A DNA stretch of 64,000 nt. Source: an uncultured Gammaproteobacteria bacterium (lineage in GTDB: Bacteria; Patescibacteriota; Microgenomatia; 2-02-FULL-39-11). The position numbers were made by a program, and so were the translations under genes. Positions 29,433-39,171 of the stretch are shown here, one piece after another (the first letter of the stretch is position 1; every line of letters begins with the position of its first letter). The notes under the pieces were generated by a model, which saw nothing but the letters and a program-made list of their open reading frames with translations, made no database searches and was not told the origin of the DNA. The stretch is from positions 2,556 to 66,555 of the forward strand of contig CAYIFB010000005.1 in the NCBI GenBank assembly GCA_964362665.1. The letters are read 5' to 3'.

Positions 29433-30438
29433 GAAGAAAGTATTAGTAACAGGAGGAGCCGGATATGTGGGAGGTGTCCTTGTGCCGAAGCTACTTAAAG
29501 CAGGATACGGGGTAATCGTACTCGATTGGTTTTTATACCGCGAGAAAATATTTAAAAAACACAATGCTTTACAGCAAGTTAAAGGCGACATCAGAGATGA
29601 AAAATTGATTAAACGCTTATTAGTAGGATGTGACTTCGTCATACATCTTGCATGTATTTCCAATGACCCAAGTTTTGAACTGGACAGGAAGTTATCCAAA
29701 GAGATCAACAATGACGCCAATAAAAATCTGGTGAAATTATCCAAAAGAGCAAAGATTAAAAGATTTATCTATGTATCGAGTTCCAGCGTCTATGGCATCA
29801 GACGTGAGCCAAACGTAACAGAAGATTTAATTTGCGCTCCCTTGACCGACTATTCACGGTATAAACTTGAAGGGGAGAAGTATGCCTTGTCGGAAAGATC
29901 TGACAGTTTTGTCGTTTGTGTGGTTCGTCCGGCAACAATTTGCGGCTATTCTCCGCGATTAAGGCTTGATTTGACCGTGAACATGCTGACCTTACAAGGA
30001 CTAGTGAATAAAAAGATTACGGTTTATGGGGGAGAGCAGAAACGGCCAAATATCCATATTGAAGACATTACCGATTTATATGTGCAGTCTTTGGAGTTTG
30101 CCTCCGAAAAAATAAATGGAGAAATTTTCAATGTAGGCTATGACAATATGTCTGTTTTAAAAATAGCAGAATTAGTGAAAAGCACCCTCAATGACAGGAG
30201 TATAAAAATTGAAGTGTCCAAAACTGACGACTTAAGAAGCTATCATATTTCCAGTAAAAAAATTAGAGAGGCGCTTGGTTTTATACCAAAAAAGAGCATA
30301 AAAGATGCCATCTTAGATTTAAAAGAAGCATTTTTAGCCGGAAAAATTCTAGATCCATTGACTGACGAAAAATATTACAACATAAAGACCATGAAATCGT
30401 TTACTCCTAAATATTCCTATGAAAAAACAAAAAAATAA
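29431..30438 (+). CDS. NAD-dependent nucleotide-sugar epimerase/dehydratase (extended SDR; HldD-like or CDP/ADP-sugar epimerase candidate)
   Basis: 'VTGGAGYVGGVLVPKLL'. 'YSRYK' fits YxxxK. Confidence 0.7.
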   Translation: MKKVLVTGGAGYVGGVLVPKLLKAGYGVIVLDWFLYREKIFKKHNALQQVKGDIRDEKLIKRLLVGCDFVIHLACISNDPSFELDRKLSKEINNDANKNLVKLSKRAKIKRFIYVSSSSVYGIRREPNVTEDLICAPLTDYSRYKLEGEKYALSERSDSFVVCVVRPATICGYSPRLRLDLTVNMLTLQGLVNKKITVYGGEQKRPNIHIEDITDLYVQSLEFASEKINGEIFNVGYDNMSVLKIAELVKSTLNDRSIKIEVSKTDDLRSYHISSKKIREALGFIPKKSIKDAILDLKEAFLAGKILDPLTDEKYYNIKTMKSFTPKYSYEKTKK

Positions 30439-31039
30439 TACAGAGGATTTAAAACAATTTGTAGAAGATTATCAAAGAGAGTTAAGCCGGGCACTGCAAC
30501 TATTGGATATCGTGCAAATAAATAAAATATTAGAAATATTACTTGATGCATATCAGCGTGGAAGAAAAGTATTCATAATGGGGAATGGAGGAAGCGCCAG
30601 TAATGCATCTCATTTTGCCTGTGATATAGGAAAAGGTACGCTGAAGAGGGTTTATGACAGGAACGAAAAACGTTTTAAAGTGTATTCACTGACTGATAAT
30701 GTAGCTCAAATAACAGCCTTTGCAAATGATCTGAACTATGATGATATTTTTGTCCAGCAACTGCAGAATTTGGTGGAGAAGGGTGATGTGGTTATTGCTT
30801 TATCGGGCAGCGGAAACAGCCGGAATATTATAAAAGCCCTGCAATACGCACGGAGTCAACAGGTAAAAACTATTGGAATACTGGGTTTTACGAATGGAGG
30901 AAAAGCTGCCAAACTGGTAGATCTAGCAATCATCATCAAAAGTAATAAATACGGAATCTGTGAAGATATCCAGCTTATTCTAAACCACATCATAATATCC
31001 TGGATGTCGCTTGTGAAAGACAATAAAGAAAACAGATAA
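30419..31039 (+). CDS. gmhA: phosphoheptose (sedoheptulose-7-phosphate) isomerase, SIS domain
   Basis: 'VFIMGNGGSASNASHFACDIGKG' resembles GmhA 'GNGGSA.DAQHFAAEL'. A second SIS block 'DVVIALSGSGNS' is present. Confidence 0.65.
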   Translation: MKKQKNNTEDLKQFVEDYQRELSRALQLLDIVQINKILEILLDAYQRGRKVFIMGNGGSASNASHFACDIGKGTLKRVYDRNEKRFKVYSLTDNVAQITAFANDLNYDDIFVQQLQNLVEKGDVVIALSGSGNSRNIIKALQYARSQQVKTIGILGFTNGGKAAKLVDLAIIIKSNKYGICEDIQLILNHIIISWMSLVKDNKENR

Positions 31040-31049
31040 ATAGAATAGA

Positions 31050-32009
31050 ATGACGAAACATAATTTATTAGTACTTTATCATAATCTTCTGAGGATCCGC
31101 TTAGTTGAAGAGGAAATTGCCCGAAAATACAAAGAGCAGGAAATGCGCTGTCCCGTGCATTTGTGTATCGGTCAGGAGGCAGTAGCTGCAGGAGTCAGTT
31201 TTTTACTTCATAAAGAGGATATTGTTTTTTCCGGACACCGGTCTCACGGCCATTATCTGGCTAAGGGAGGCAGTCTTCGCAGGATGATCGCAGAAATTTA
31301 TGGCAAACAAACGGGTTGTTCACTGGGTCGCGGCGGCTCACAGCATTTGATTGATCTTCAGGCAAACTTTTACGGGGCAAATCCGATTGTGGCCGAAACT
31401 ATACCTGTCGCAGTAGGAACCGGCTTAGCGCAAATTTACCAAAAGACAGGAAATATCGTCACAGTCTACTTTGGAGACGCAGCTACAGAAGAAGGAGCGA
31501 CCTATGAAAGTTTGAATTACGCCTCCTTAAAAAATTTACCTGTGTTATTTATTTGCGAAAATAATCTATATTCAATCTCGACTCATATCCGGGAGCGCCA
31601 ACCCAAACGTAATATTTATATAATTGCAGAGGCCGCAGGGATAAAAGCTTATTCTGGAGACGGCATGGATATTTTAAAGGTTTTGGAGTTAACTAAAAAA
31701 GCGCTGAGTTACATGCGAAAGACTCAAAAGCCGGTTTTTATCGAATTTTCAACCTACAGATTTTTGGAGCACGTCGGTCCGAATCCTGATCCTACCGGAT
31801 CCCGTCCTGAAAAAGAAAAGAACTATTGGCGAAAAAAATGTCCGGTAAAACAATTTGAAAAATACTTGTTGGAACAAAAAATACTCAATCTCGATTTAAA
31901 AGCTAAAATCTTCACCGAAATAAATGACGAAATAAAAGATGCCTTTCGCTTCGCCAAAGAAAGTCCATATCCGGAGGGGAATTTAGAGGAGAAACAAGCT
32001 TATGGTTAA
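31050..32009 (+). CDS. ThDP-dependent 2-oxoacid/acetoin dehydrogenase E1 component, alpha subunit
   Basis: 'HLCIGQEAVAAG', 'GHRSHGHYLAKGG', 'GRGGSQHL', 'GDAATEEG'. Confidence 0.8.
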   Translation: MTKHNLLVLYHNLLRIRLVEEEIARKYKEQEMRCPVHLCIGQEAVAAGVSFLLHKEDIVFSGHRSHGHYLAKGGSLRRMIAEIYGKQTGCSLGRGGSQHLIDLQANFYGANPIVAETIPVAVGTGLAQIYQKTGNIVTVYFGDAATEEGATYESLNYASLKNLPVLFICENNLYSISTHIRERQPKRNIYIIAEAAGIKAYSGDGMDILKVLELTKKALSYMRKTQKPVFIEFSTYRFLEHVGPNPDPTGSRPEKEKNYWRKKCPVKQFEKYLLEQKILNLDLKAKIFTEINDEIKDAFRFAKESPYPEGNLEEKQAYG

Positions 32010-33090
32010 TCATTCGAAAAAAAGGATTATTCCCTATGCGCAGGCGATTAACGAGGCGCTTCGACAATGCCTTGATAAATATCCGGAAGTTTTTCTTGTA
32101 GGTGAAGGGGTGCCGGATCCGAGTGGTATTTTTGGCACCACACTTAATCTTCAAGATAAATACGGCAGAGAACGGGTGATGGATATGCCTGTCTCAGAAA
32201 ATGGACTGACCGGAATCTGTATTGGCGCAGCCATATCGGGATTAAGGCCGATAATGACCCATCAGAGAATTGATTTTTCGCTTCTATCTTTTGACCAGAT
32301 AGTCAATTGCGCAGCTAAATGGTTTTATATGTTCGGGGGGAAGAGGTCTGTGCCTCTGGTGATCCGGATGATTATCGGACGCGGTTGGGGACAGGGAGCA
32401 CAACACTCACAAAGCCTGCAATCATTATATGCCCATATACCGGGACTTAAAGTCGTCATGCCCACATTTCCCGTAGACGCTAAGGGTATGCTGATTAGTG
32501 CAGTCAAAGATAATAATCCGGTGATTTTTATCGAACACAGATGGCTCCACCCGCTGACGGGCGATGTGCCGGAAGGGTATTATGAGGCAGACTTAAATCA
32601 AGCCGCGGTTATAAAACGAGGCAGTGATGTGACAATAATTTGCGTCTCTTACATGACGATTGAGGGATTGAAAGCAGCCCGGATTTTAAAAAAAGAAAAT
32701 ATCAATGCGGAAATCATAGATTTACGATCACTTAAGCCAATTGATATGAAAACCATTATTAAATCCCTTAAAAAAACAGGCAGAGTTGTTATTGCCGATA
32801 CAGGGGTAAAGTATCTCGGGATTGGAGCCGAAATATTGGCAGAGATTCTGGAGTATGATAGAAATATATTAAAGGCGGGTCCAATTCGCTTATCTTTGCC
32901 TGATTTGCCGACTCCAACCAGTTTTCGGCTGGCGGAGAATTATTATCCGACTTATAAAACCATCGTTTCGAAAATTATGAAGATGTTTGGCAAAAGCGAT
33001 GGGCATACTAATAAAATAATTAGTAGTTTAAAATCAAAAGAAGAAGTATTTTCTGATGTTCCCGATAAAAGCTTTACCGGACCTTTTTAA
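32002..33090 (+). CDS. ThDP-dependent dehydrogenase E1 component, beta subunit (transketolase-like Pyr and C-terminal domains)
   Basis: 'VFLVGEGV...DKYGRERVMDMPVSENGLTGICIGAAISGLRPI'. Overlaps the alpha-subunit gene by 8 nt. Confidence 0.8.
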   Translation: MVNHSKKRIIPYAQAINEALRQCLDKYPEVFLVGEGVPDPSGIFGTTLNLQDKYGRERVMDMPVSENGLTGICIGAAISGLRPIMTHQRIDFSLLSFDQIVNCAAKWFYMFGGKRSVPLVIRMIIGRGWGQGAQHSQSLQSLYAHIPGLKVVMPTFPVDAKGMLISAVKDNNPVIFIEHRWLHPLTGDVPEGYYEADLNQAAVIKRGSDVTIICVSYMTIEGLKAARILKKENINAEIIDLRSLKPIDMKTIIKSLKKTGRVVIADTGVKYLGIGAEILAEILEYDRNILKAGPIRLSLPDLPTPTSFRLAENYYPTYKTIVSKIMKMFGKSDGHTNKIISSLKSKEEVFSDVPDKSFTGPF

Positions 33091-33096
33091 TAAAAA

Positions 33097-34104
33097 ATGA
33101 CATCATTTTACCAAAATAAAAATATTCTGATTACAGGAGGCTTAGGATTTATCGGCAGCAATCTGGCGATTGCACTCGCAGCAAAAAAAGCCAACGTTCT
33201 GATTATTGACGCCTTGATAAATGGTTATGGCGGAAATTTATTTAACATAGAACCGGTGAAAAAGAACATTAAGGTAGAAATTGTTGATATCAGAGAGACC
33301 AAAAGAATGGATAAATTAGTTTGTCATCAGGATATTATATTTAATCTGGCCGGTACTCTGTCTCATGTTGACAGTATGAAAGATCCTTTGACTGATCTTG
33401 ATATCAATTGCCGGGCACAATTGTCACTTCTTGAGTCTGTCCGCAAATATAATCCAAATACGAAAATTATTTTTGCCGGTACCCGTAATCAGTATGGAAA
33501 AGCTAAATATCTTCCTGTTGATGAAGGTCATCCGCAGGAGCCAACTGACATAAATGGAATAAACTGCATTGCTGCTGAGAAATACCACCTGATGTATACC
33601 AAGGTATATGGCATTAAGACGATGTCACTGCGCATGACTAACACATTCGGCCCGCGTCATCAGATGAAACACAGCCGGCAGGGAGTCTTGAATTGGTTTA
33701 TCCGAAAAATTATAGAAGGAGAAGAGGTGGTGCTATATGGCAAAGGTAAACAGATAAGAGATGTCAATTATGTGGACGATGTAGTTTCAGCATTATTAAA
33801 GGCCGGCCAAAGCAGCAAGGGGTGGGGAGAGGCATATAACTTGGGCGGAACACCTGTTTCTCTCTTGGATTTCGTGAAGAAAACTATCGAGATTGTTAAA
33901 TCGCTCCAAAACGAGGTGCAACCTCGTATGCGGATTGTTATGAAGCAATTTCCAGCTGACAGAAAACAGATTGAGGTGGGAGATTATATTGCCTCAACTG
34001 AAAAGATAAAGAGAGTTTTCGGCTGGCGCCCTATGATATCTCTGGAAGAAGGCATCAAAAGGACTTTGGATTATTATAAAAAATACAAAGAAATTTACTT
34101 TTGA
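33097..34104 (+). CDS. NAD-dependent nucleotide-sugar epimerase/dehydratase
   Basis: 'ITGGLGFIGSNLAIAL'. 'YHLMYTK' fits YxxxK. Confidence 0.75.
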   Translation: MTSFYQNKNILITGGLGFIGSNLAIALAAKKANVLIIDALINGYGGNLFNIEPVKKNIKVEIVDIRETKRMDKLVCHQDIIFNLAGTLSHVDSMKDPLTDLDINCRAQLSLLESVRKYNPNTKIIFAGTRNQYGKAKYLPVDEGHPQEPTDINGINCIAAEKYHLMYTKVYGIKTMSLRMTNTFGPRHQMKHSRQGVLNWFIRKIIEGEEVVLYGKGKQIRDVNYVDDVVSALLKAGQSSKGWGEAYNLGGTPVSLLDFVKKTIEIVKSLQNEVQPRMRIVMKQFPADRKQIEVGDYIASTEKIKRVFGWRPMISLEEGIKRTLDYYKKYKEIYF

Positions 34105-34122
34105 ACAAATGGGAATCTATTA

Positions 34123-34276
34123 GAAGTTTCGCGTTATTCAATTTCGGGTCCTGCCGTTCGCGTATCCCAAGATTCGTTTCTGAACGCTTGAGAAATAGAA
34201 TTAAAGCTAATAGAAACTCATCTTGGGAGCCTTCACTCGCGTCACCCGTTAATGATTAAGGAATACGCGAAACTCG
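34123..34276 (+). repeat. family A repeat copy 3 with terminal inverted repeats; its right TIR supplies the last codons of the minus-strand gene 34256-35626
   Basis: gaagtttcgcgtta (34123-34136) ... gggtcctgccgttcg ... cactcgcgtcaccc ... tacgcgaaactc (34265-34276). The internal segment differs from copies 1 and 2. Confidence 0.6.
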
Positions 34277-35626
34277 TAAGTATGTCCAAATTTGCCCGCA
34301 TGAATAGAAAATAAATAAATACAATAGAGGTTGAACTACTACAATAAGTCTTCCAAACTCTTCATAAGAAAAGAACACTGATAAGACTATTTGATAAAAA
34401 GAGATCATTCCGGCAAGAAAAAAGACCGCAAACTTGAGATTATTTCTCTTCTTAAAAAATAAAAATATACTCACAATGAAGATAGGAATGAAAATAAGCG
34501 TCAGATATTGAACTGTTTTGTAAATTTCATAAAGATAGCGGTAAACAAAATTAGCCAGTCCGACCGGGGGAATAACAGTTTTGATAAATTCACTCTTTTC
34601 CAGCATGGCAGACGGAATTTGACTGATAGAGCGGGTGAAAAAGCCGGTCAAATTAGAGGAAATGACCTTTGCGTTAAATCCTGAAAGACTATTTAATTTT
34701 TCGGTGTGACTATAAATCAGCGGATCATAATACTCTAAAAATGTATAAGGCATCGGAGGAAATTTTTTTTGCCGATAATCGGAAAGAGTTTCGTAAAAAT
34801 ACCGGAATTTTTTGGCATTTGTGATGGGTAAATTAAATTGCATTATTTTCCCGAGTAAATTTATATCAGTAATATGATTTATTCCCAGATATTTTCGCTG
34901 CACGAAGTTATATCTGACATAAGCCAATGGTAAAACAAGATATATTATCAGGAAAATAATAGCGAAACGAATTTTAGCCCGTTGATATTTATGGAGACAA
35001 TATATTAATAGAATTAGAAAAGGTAAACCTAAATAGATTGGTTTTAAGAGAATAAGCAGCGCCGAACAGAGAATAAGCAATAATTTATACGGAAAAGTTT
35101 TATAGGTTAACAGATTGACAGAAATATAAAAAATTAAAATCAGCAAGAATATCGTCAAGGATTCCGTGAGTAGAATTTTTTCCCAGGAAAAAATCATAAT
35201 ATTGCCGGATAAGAAAAGAGAACAAAGCAAAGCTTTTTGAGGATTAACTTTTATCTTTATCAGCGTAAAATAGATTAATAGAATGCTTAAAATGCCAAAA
35301 ATAGTTTGGAGAGAGGTAACAAGATAAGCACCGTTGTAAAATTCCGCTGATTTATATATAGGATTAAAATTTCCAGACAAGCTCATACCAAAATGTAAAT
35401 ATATAAGATAAAGCGGTGTCCTCTCGTCATTGAAGACCATGTTCAATATTTTGCCGTCAGTAAGTTTTCTTTCCAGTTTGTAATATCCGTCAGTATCGGC
35501 AGTTGTCACAGCTGAATGCGCGAAGAATAATGGTAAACGGATTACAAGAGATGCTAAAATAATAATCAAAAGATGATGGGTGAATTTCACTCCTTTTGGC
35601 ATTTTTTGAAATATTGTAAGATACAC
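34256..35626 (-). CDS. GT-C-like polytopic membrane glycosyltransferase (GTG start at 35626; alternative ATG at 35602)
   Basis: Multi-TM. N-terminal loop 'AHSAVTTADTDGYYKLERKL...FNDERTPLY' has an acidic motif. The last 7 codons (RVSRIP) lie in the repeat TIR. Confidence 0.5.
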   Translation of the reverse strand: MYLTIFQKMPKGVKFTHHLLIIILASLVIRLPLFFAHSAVTTADTDGYYKLERKLTDGKILNMVFNDERTPLYLIYLHFGMSLSGNFNPIYKSAEFYNGAYLVTSLQTIFGILSILLIYFTLIKIKVNPQKALLCSLFLSGNIMIFSWEKILLTESLTIFLLILIFYISVNLLTYKTFPYKLLLILCSALLILLKPIYLGLPFLILLIYCLHKYQRAKIRFAIIFLIIYLVLPLAYVRYNFVQRKYLGINHITDINLLGKIMQFNLPITNAKKFRYFYETLSDYRQKKFPPMPYTFLEYYDPLIYSHTEKLNSLSGFNAKVISSNLTGFFTRSISQIPSAMLEKSEFIKTVIPPVGLANFVYRYLYEIYKTVQYLTLIFIPIFIVSIFLFFKKRNNLKFAVFFLAGMISFYQIVLSVFFSYEEFGRLIVVVQPLLYLFIFYSCGQIWTYLRVSRIP

Positions 35627-35647
35627 TCATTCTAACAATGATTTAAT

Positions 35648-36802
35648 ATGATTCCAAGTTTTGATATTAAAAGACAAAATAAAACATTAAACCGTGAATT
35701 AAACAGGTCTATTCAAGAAGTATTAGACCGGGGTATCTTTATTTTAGGAGAGAAGGTGGAAGAATTTGAAGACAATTTTGCCTCATATCTCGGGGTAAAA
35801 TATGCAGTCGGGGTAGGGAGTGGGACTGATGCCCTGTCTTTAGCTCTTATTGCAATTGGAATTAAACCGGGAGATGAAGTGATTATGCCGGTAAATGCTT
35901 ACCCCACGGCTTTTGCAGTTACCGCGATTGGTGCCCTCCCCGTCCTTATCGATATTGATCCAGCTACCTTTAACATTAATCCTGATCTCATTGAACAGGC
36001 AATCACCAAGAGAACTCGTGCCATTCTCCCAGTCCACCTCTACGGACTCCCTTGTGATATGAATTCCATCATGAGGATTGCCAAAAAGCACAATCTGAAA
36101 GTCATAGAAGACTGTGCACAGGCACATGGGGCCACGCTGAGCGTGGCTATACCCGCGCTGAGCGCGGGGGCAGAGATTCGTTCACTTTCAACTGGTACTG
36201 ATTTAAATTGGAAAAAAGTGGGCAGCATTGGCGACGCGGGGTGTTTTTCGTTTTATCCGACAAAAAACTTGGGATGTTTTGGTGACGGGGGAATGGTGGT
36301 GACGAATAATAAAGAAATTTACGATAAAGTAAAGCTGCTCAGGATGTATGGGGAAAAGACACGATATAAAAGCGTAATACTCGGGCGAAACAGCAGACTG
36401 GACGAATTGCAGGCGGCAATCTTGTTGGTTAAACTTAAATATTTGGATAAATGGAATAAAAGGAGAAGGGAAATAGCTGAGTTGTATTTATCTCATATAG
36501 CCGGCCCCGCCGAGTCTACTGCCGTAGACTCTTTCTTTCACGTTTATCACTTATTTGTTATCCGGACAAAGAAACGAGACCAATTAAAAAAGCATCTGGA
36601 GGAAAAAGGAATACAAACCGCGGTTCATTACCCAACCCCAGTTCATCTGCAGGAGTCTTTCCGGTTTTTAGGATACAAAAAAGGAGATTTTCCTGTGGCA
36701 GAAAAGTTGGCCGATGAGATTTTGTCCATACCCATGTTTCCTGAATTAACCGAGTCGGAACTTATGGCGGTAGTTTCAGGAATAAATTCTTTCTTCGTAT
36801 GA
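35648..36802 (+). CDS. DegT/DnrJ/EryC1-family PLP-dependent sugar aminotransferase, carrying a roughly 25-aa in-frame insertion
   Basis: 'GVGSGTDALSLAL', 'AQAHGA ... VGSIGDAGCFSFYPTKNLG' (PLP-lysine region). The insertion 'TLSVAIPALSAGAEIRSLSTGTDLNWKK' sits between HGA and VGS, where family members normally have about 5 residues. Confidence 0.8.
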   Translation: MIPSFDIKRQNKTLNRELNRSIQEVLDRGIFILGEKVEEFEDNFASYLGVKYAVGVGSGTDALSLALIAIGIKPGDEVIMPVNAYPTAFAVTAIGALPVLIDIDPATFNINPDLIEQAITKRTRAILPVHLYGLPCDMNSIMRIAKKHNLKVIEDCAQAHGATLSVAIPALSAGAEIRSLSTGTDLNWKKVGSIGDAGCFSFYPTKNLGCFGDGGMVVTNNKEIYDKVKLLRMYGEKTRYKSVILGRNSRLDELQAAILLVKLKYLDKWNKRRREIAELYLSHIAGPAESTAVDSFFHVYHLFVIRTKKRDQLKKHLEEKGIQTAVHYPTPVHLQESFRFLGYKKGDFPVAEKLADEILSIPMFPELTESELMAVVSGINSFFV

Positions 36803-37389
36803 TCAGAGAGTTGCAAGCTGAAGACATAAAACAAGTGGTACAAATACATCTAAGTCAACTGCCGGGTTTTTTATCCCTGCTTGGTAAAGAGCTTTTAACC
36901 AGGTATTATCAGGTAAGTTTAGATACCCCGGAGATGTTTACTCTAGTCGAAAAACAGGATGAACAAATACATGGGTTTACTACCGGAGCGGTGAAGCTGA
37001 AGGGTTTGACAATCAGAATATTATTTAAGGATGTATTAGGTTTCGTTCGCATATTTATGAACATTTTATTTACTCACCCAATTTTACTTTTAGGATCCGT
37101 AAAAACTCTGACTTACCCGGGCTTTAGTCAAGACGTCCCAGAGTTATTAACTATAGCGGTCCAAAAGAATTTTCAAAATAGAGGAATCGGTAAAAAATTA
37201 TTTCAGGCAATCAAAAATAAATTTCAGAAAAGGGGTATCAAATATTTTCAGGTCAGCATGTATGCCAAATTATCTGCAGGCAAATTTTATGAAAAAATGG
37301 GATGCCGTTTAACAAAAAATTTTTCTTTTCAGGGGCAAATCATGAGTTATTATATGTGTAAGGTAAATGAGCGAGGATTAAATAATTAA
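36799..37389 (+). CDS. GNAT-family N-acetyltransferase
   Basis: 'VQKNFQNRGIGKKLFQAI' (motif A Q/RxxGxG/A). Confidence 0.7.
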   Translation: MIRELQAEDIKQVVQIHLSQLPGFLSLLGKELLTRYYQVSLDTPEMFTLVEKQDEQIHGFTTGAVKLKGLTIRILFKDVLGFVRIFMNILFTHPILLLGSVKTLTYPGFSQDVPELLTIAVQKNFQNRGIGKKLFQAIKNKFQKRGIKYFQVSMYAKLSAGKFYEKMGCRLTKNFSFQGQIMSYYMCKVNERGLNN

Positions 37390-37428
37390 CACGCTCATCC
37401 TGAGCGATCGTAGAGAGTCGAAGGATTA

Positions 37429-39171
37429 ATGATTAAAAAAATAAGCACCCATAAATTAACTCTTACTTTATACACAGTTCTTCTGATAATTTTAGCCTAC
37501 CTTCTGAATTGGCATTTTAGGCTGGCACTGACAAGATATTTTGACGTTGATGAATTTGCTCATTTGCACTGGGGTTACAATCTTTGGTCGGGAAAGTATC
37601 CATTCAGAGATTTTTTCTATATATTCCCCCCGTTTTTTTTATATACCATAGCCGCGATTATACAATTTTTCGGCCGAAGCGTGGCTTCACTTATTATGGC
37701 CAGAGTGGTGATTTTTATGGCTTTTTGCGCAATCGCTTTGATGACGTTTTTCATAGCCCGTAAATTAAGCAATACTTTGACAGCCCTCATTTCTGTCATT
37801 ATTTTAAGCATACTTCCGATTCCCGGGGATAAAATGCTGGAAATCCGGCCGGATAATATTGCTTTGTTTCTTTCTCTCTCAGCATTTTATGTCTTTATTC
37901 TGGCTCATGAAAAAAAGTCCCGGATCATGTTTTTTCTGTCCGGCTTATTTTTCAGTGTAAGTCTTGGTTTTGTTCCAAAGACAATATTCTTTCTCATTCC
38001 TCCGGTGGTAATTTTGATTTATGATTTTTTAACACTATCAGGAAACCATAATTTTAACGATTTGAAGCACTATTTTCTGCCATTTTTTACAGGGATAATC
38101 ATACCGGCAATTGCGGTTATTTTGCTTTTTATTTATTATCAGAAACCCATCTTAGCCATTCAGAGCATCACGAGTATTTCAGCTGCAATTACTACCTTAC
38201 TTGGGGTTAAATTTTATATGAGACCGGATATTTTTTTATATCCGAATGACACCTATTATGGATTAAACGGATATAGTTCCGGTTATCTCCTTAATCTTCT
38301 CTTATATTTTTCAGCCAGCATCTTTGCCGTTTTTTTTACACTGTCATCTTTGAGCCACAAAACCCATGAGAAATGCGTGAGAGAGTTTATGACAGGGGCA
38401 ACTTTTTTTCTTAGCCTTTATGCGTTTGTCTATATCTTTCCTTTAAAACATGCCCAATATCTTATTCCGCTTACTCCTTTTATCTCCATCTTTTTCGCAA
38501 TGTTTTTTACCAAACTTATACAGCATAGATATTTGATCAGATATAAGTCTTGGATAATTATGGCAGTCTTAATCTATTTTTGTCTGATTGCCAAAGACAT
38601 GTTTATACCTAAATCGAGATGGACGAATCAGGCGACTTTAGATGAAGTAGAGAATGTCCTGACTGCAATTCCCAAAAATGAAAAGATTTTCGATCTAACC
38701 GGCGAGAGCGTATTTTTTCCGGATGGTTATTACTTCTGTTGTCTGCCTTACGGACAGTATGATGAAGGAATTCCTTTTCAGCTGCCAAGTTTGGAAAAAT
38801 CCTTAAGGGACAATCAAGTGCATTTTGTACACGTTGGGGAAGAAAACAGGCTGGGCGTAATACCTATTTATCAGCAAAAAATTGTTGAGACCTATTATGT
38901 GAAGGATAAATTGGGGATGATGATAGCCGGAAAAAAACTGGATTTTGAACAGGGAAACATCAGCCACAACTTTGAGATAATCGCCGGCGGAAACTATACA
39001 ATTTTTTGGAATGGCGCTCTGAAAGTTAATGGAACGGATACAGTGGTGAGATTGGATGAAAAGGAAGTAAATTCCGAAAATGTATATTTATCATCAGGTA
39101 AGCACAAAATTACAGCGTCTCAAAAGGGTGAATTGATTTTAAAATATATATTTTTCCGCCAAGGCCTCTAA
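37429..39171 (+). CDS. GT-C-like (PMT/ArnT-type) membrane glycosyltransferase with a C-terminal extracytoplasmic domain
   Basis: 'RYFDVDEFAHLHWG' DE motif in the first loop. 11 or more TM helices, then a roughly 200-aa soluble C-terminal domain. Confidence 0.55.
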   Translation: MIKKISTHKLTLTLYTVLLIILAYLLNWHFRLALTRYFDVDEFAHLHWGYNLWSGKYPFRDFFYIFPPFFLYTIAAIIQFFGRSVASLIMARVVIFMAFCAIALMTFFIARKLSNTLTALISVIILSILPIPGDKMLEIRPDNIALFLSLSAFYVFILAHEKKSRIMFFLSGLFFSVSLGFVPKTIFFLIPPVVILIYDFLTLSGNHNFNDLKHYFLPFFTGIIIPAIAVILLFIYYQKPILAIQSITSISAAITTLLGVKFYMRPDIFLYPNDTYYGLNGYSSGYLLNLLLYFSASIFAVFFTLSSLSHKTHEKCVREFMTGATFFLSLYAFVYIFPLKHAQYLIPLTPFISIFFAMFFTKLIQHRYLIRYKSWIIMAVLIYFCLIAKDMFIPKSRWTNQATLDEVENVLTAIPKNEKIFDLTGESVFFPDGYYFCCLPYGQYDEGIPFQLPSLEKSLRDNQVHFVHVGEENRLGVIPIYQQKIVETYYVKDKLGMMIAGKKLDFEQGNISHNFEIIAGGNYTIFWNGALKVNGTDTVVRLDEKEVNSENVYLSSGKHKITASQKGELILKYIFFRQGL

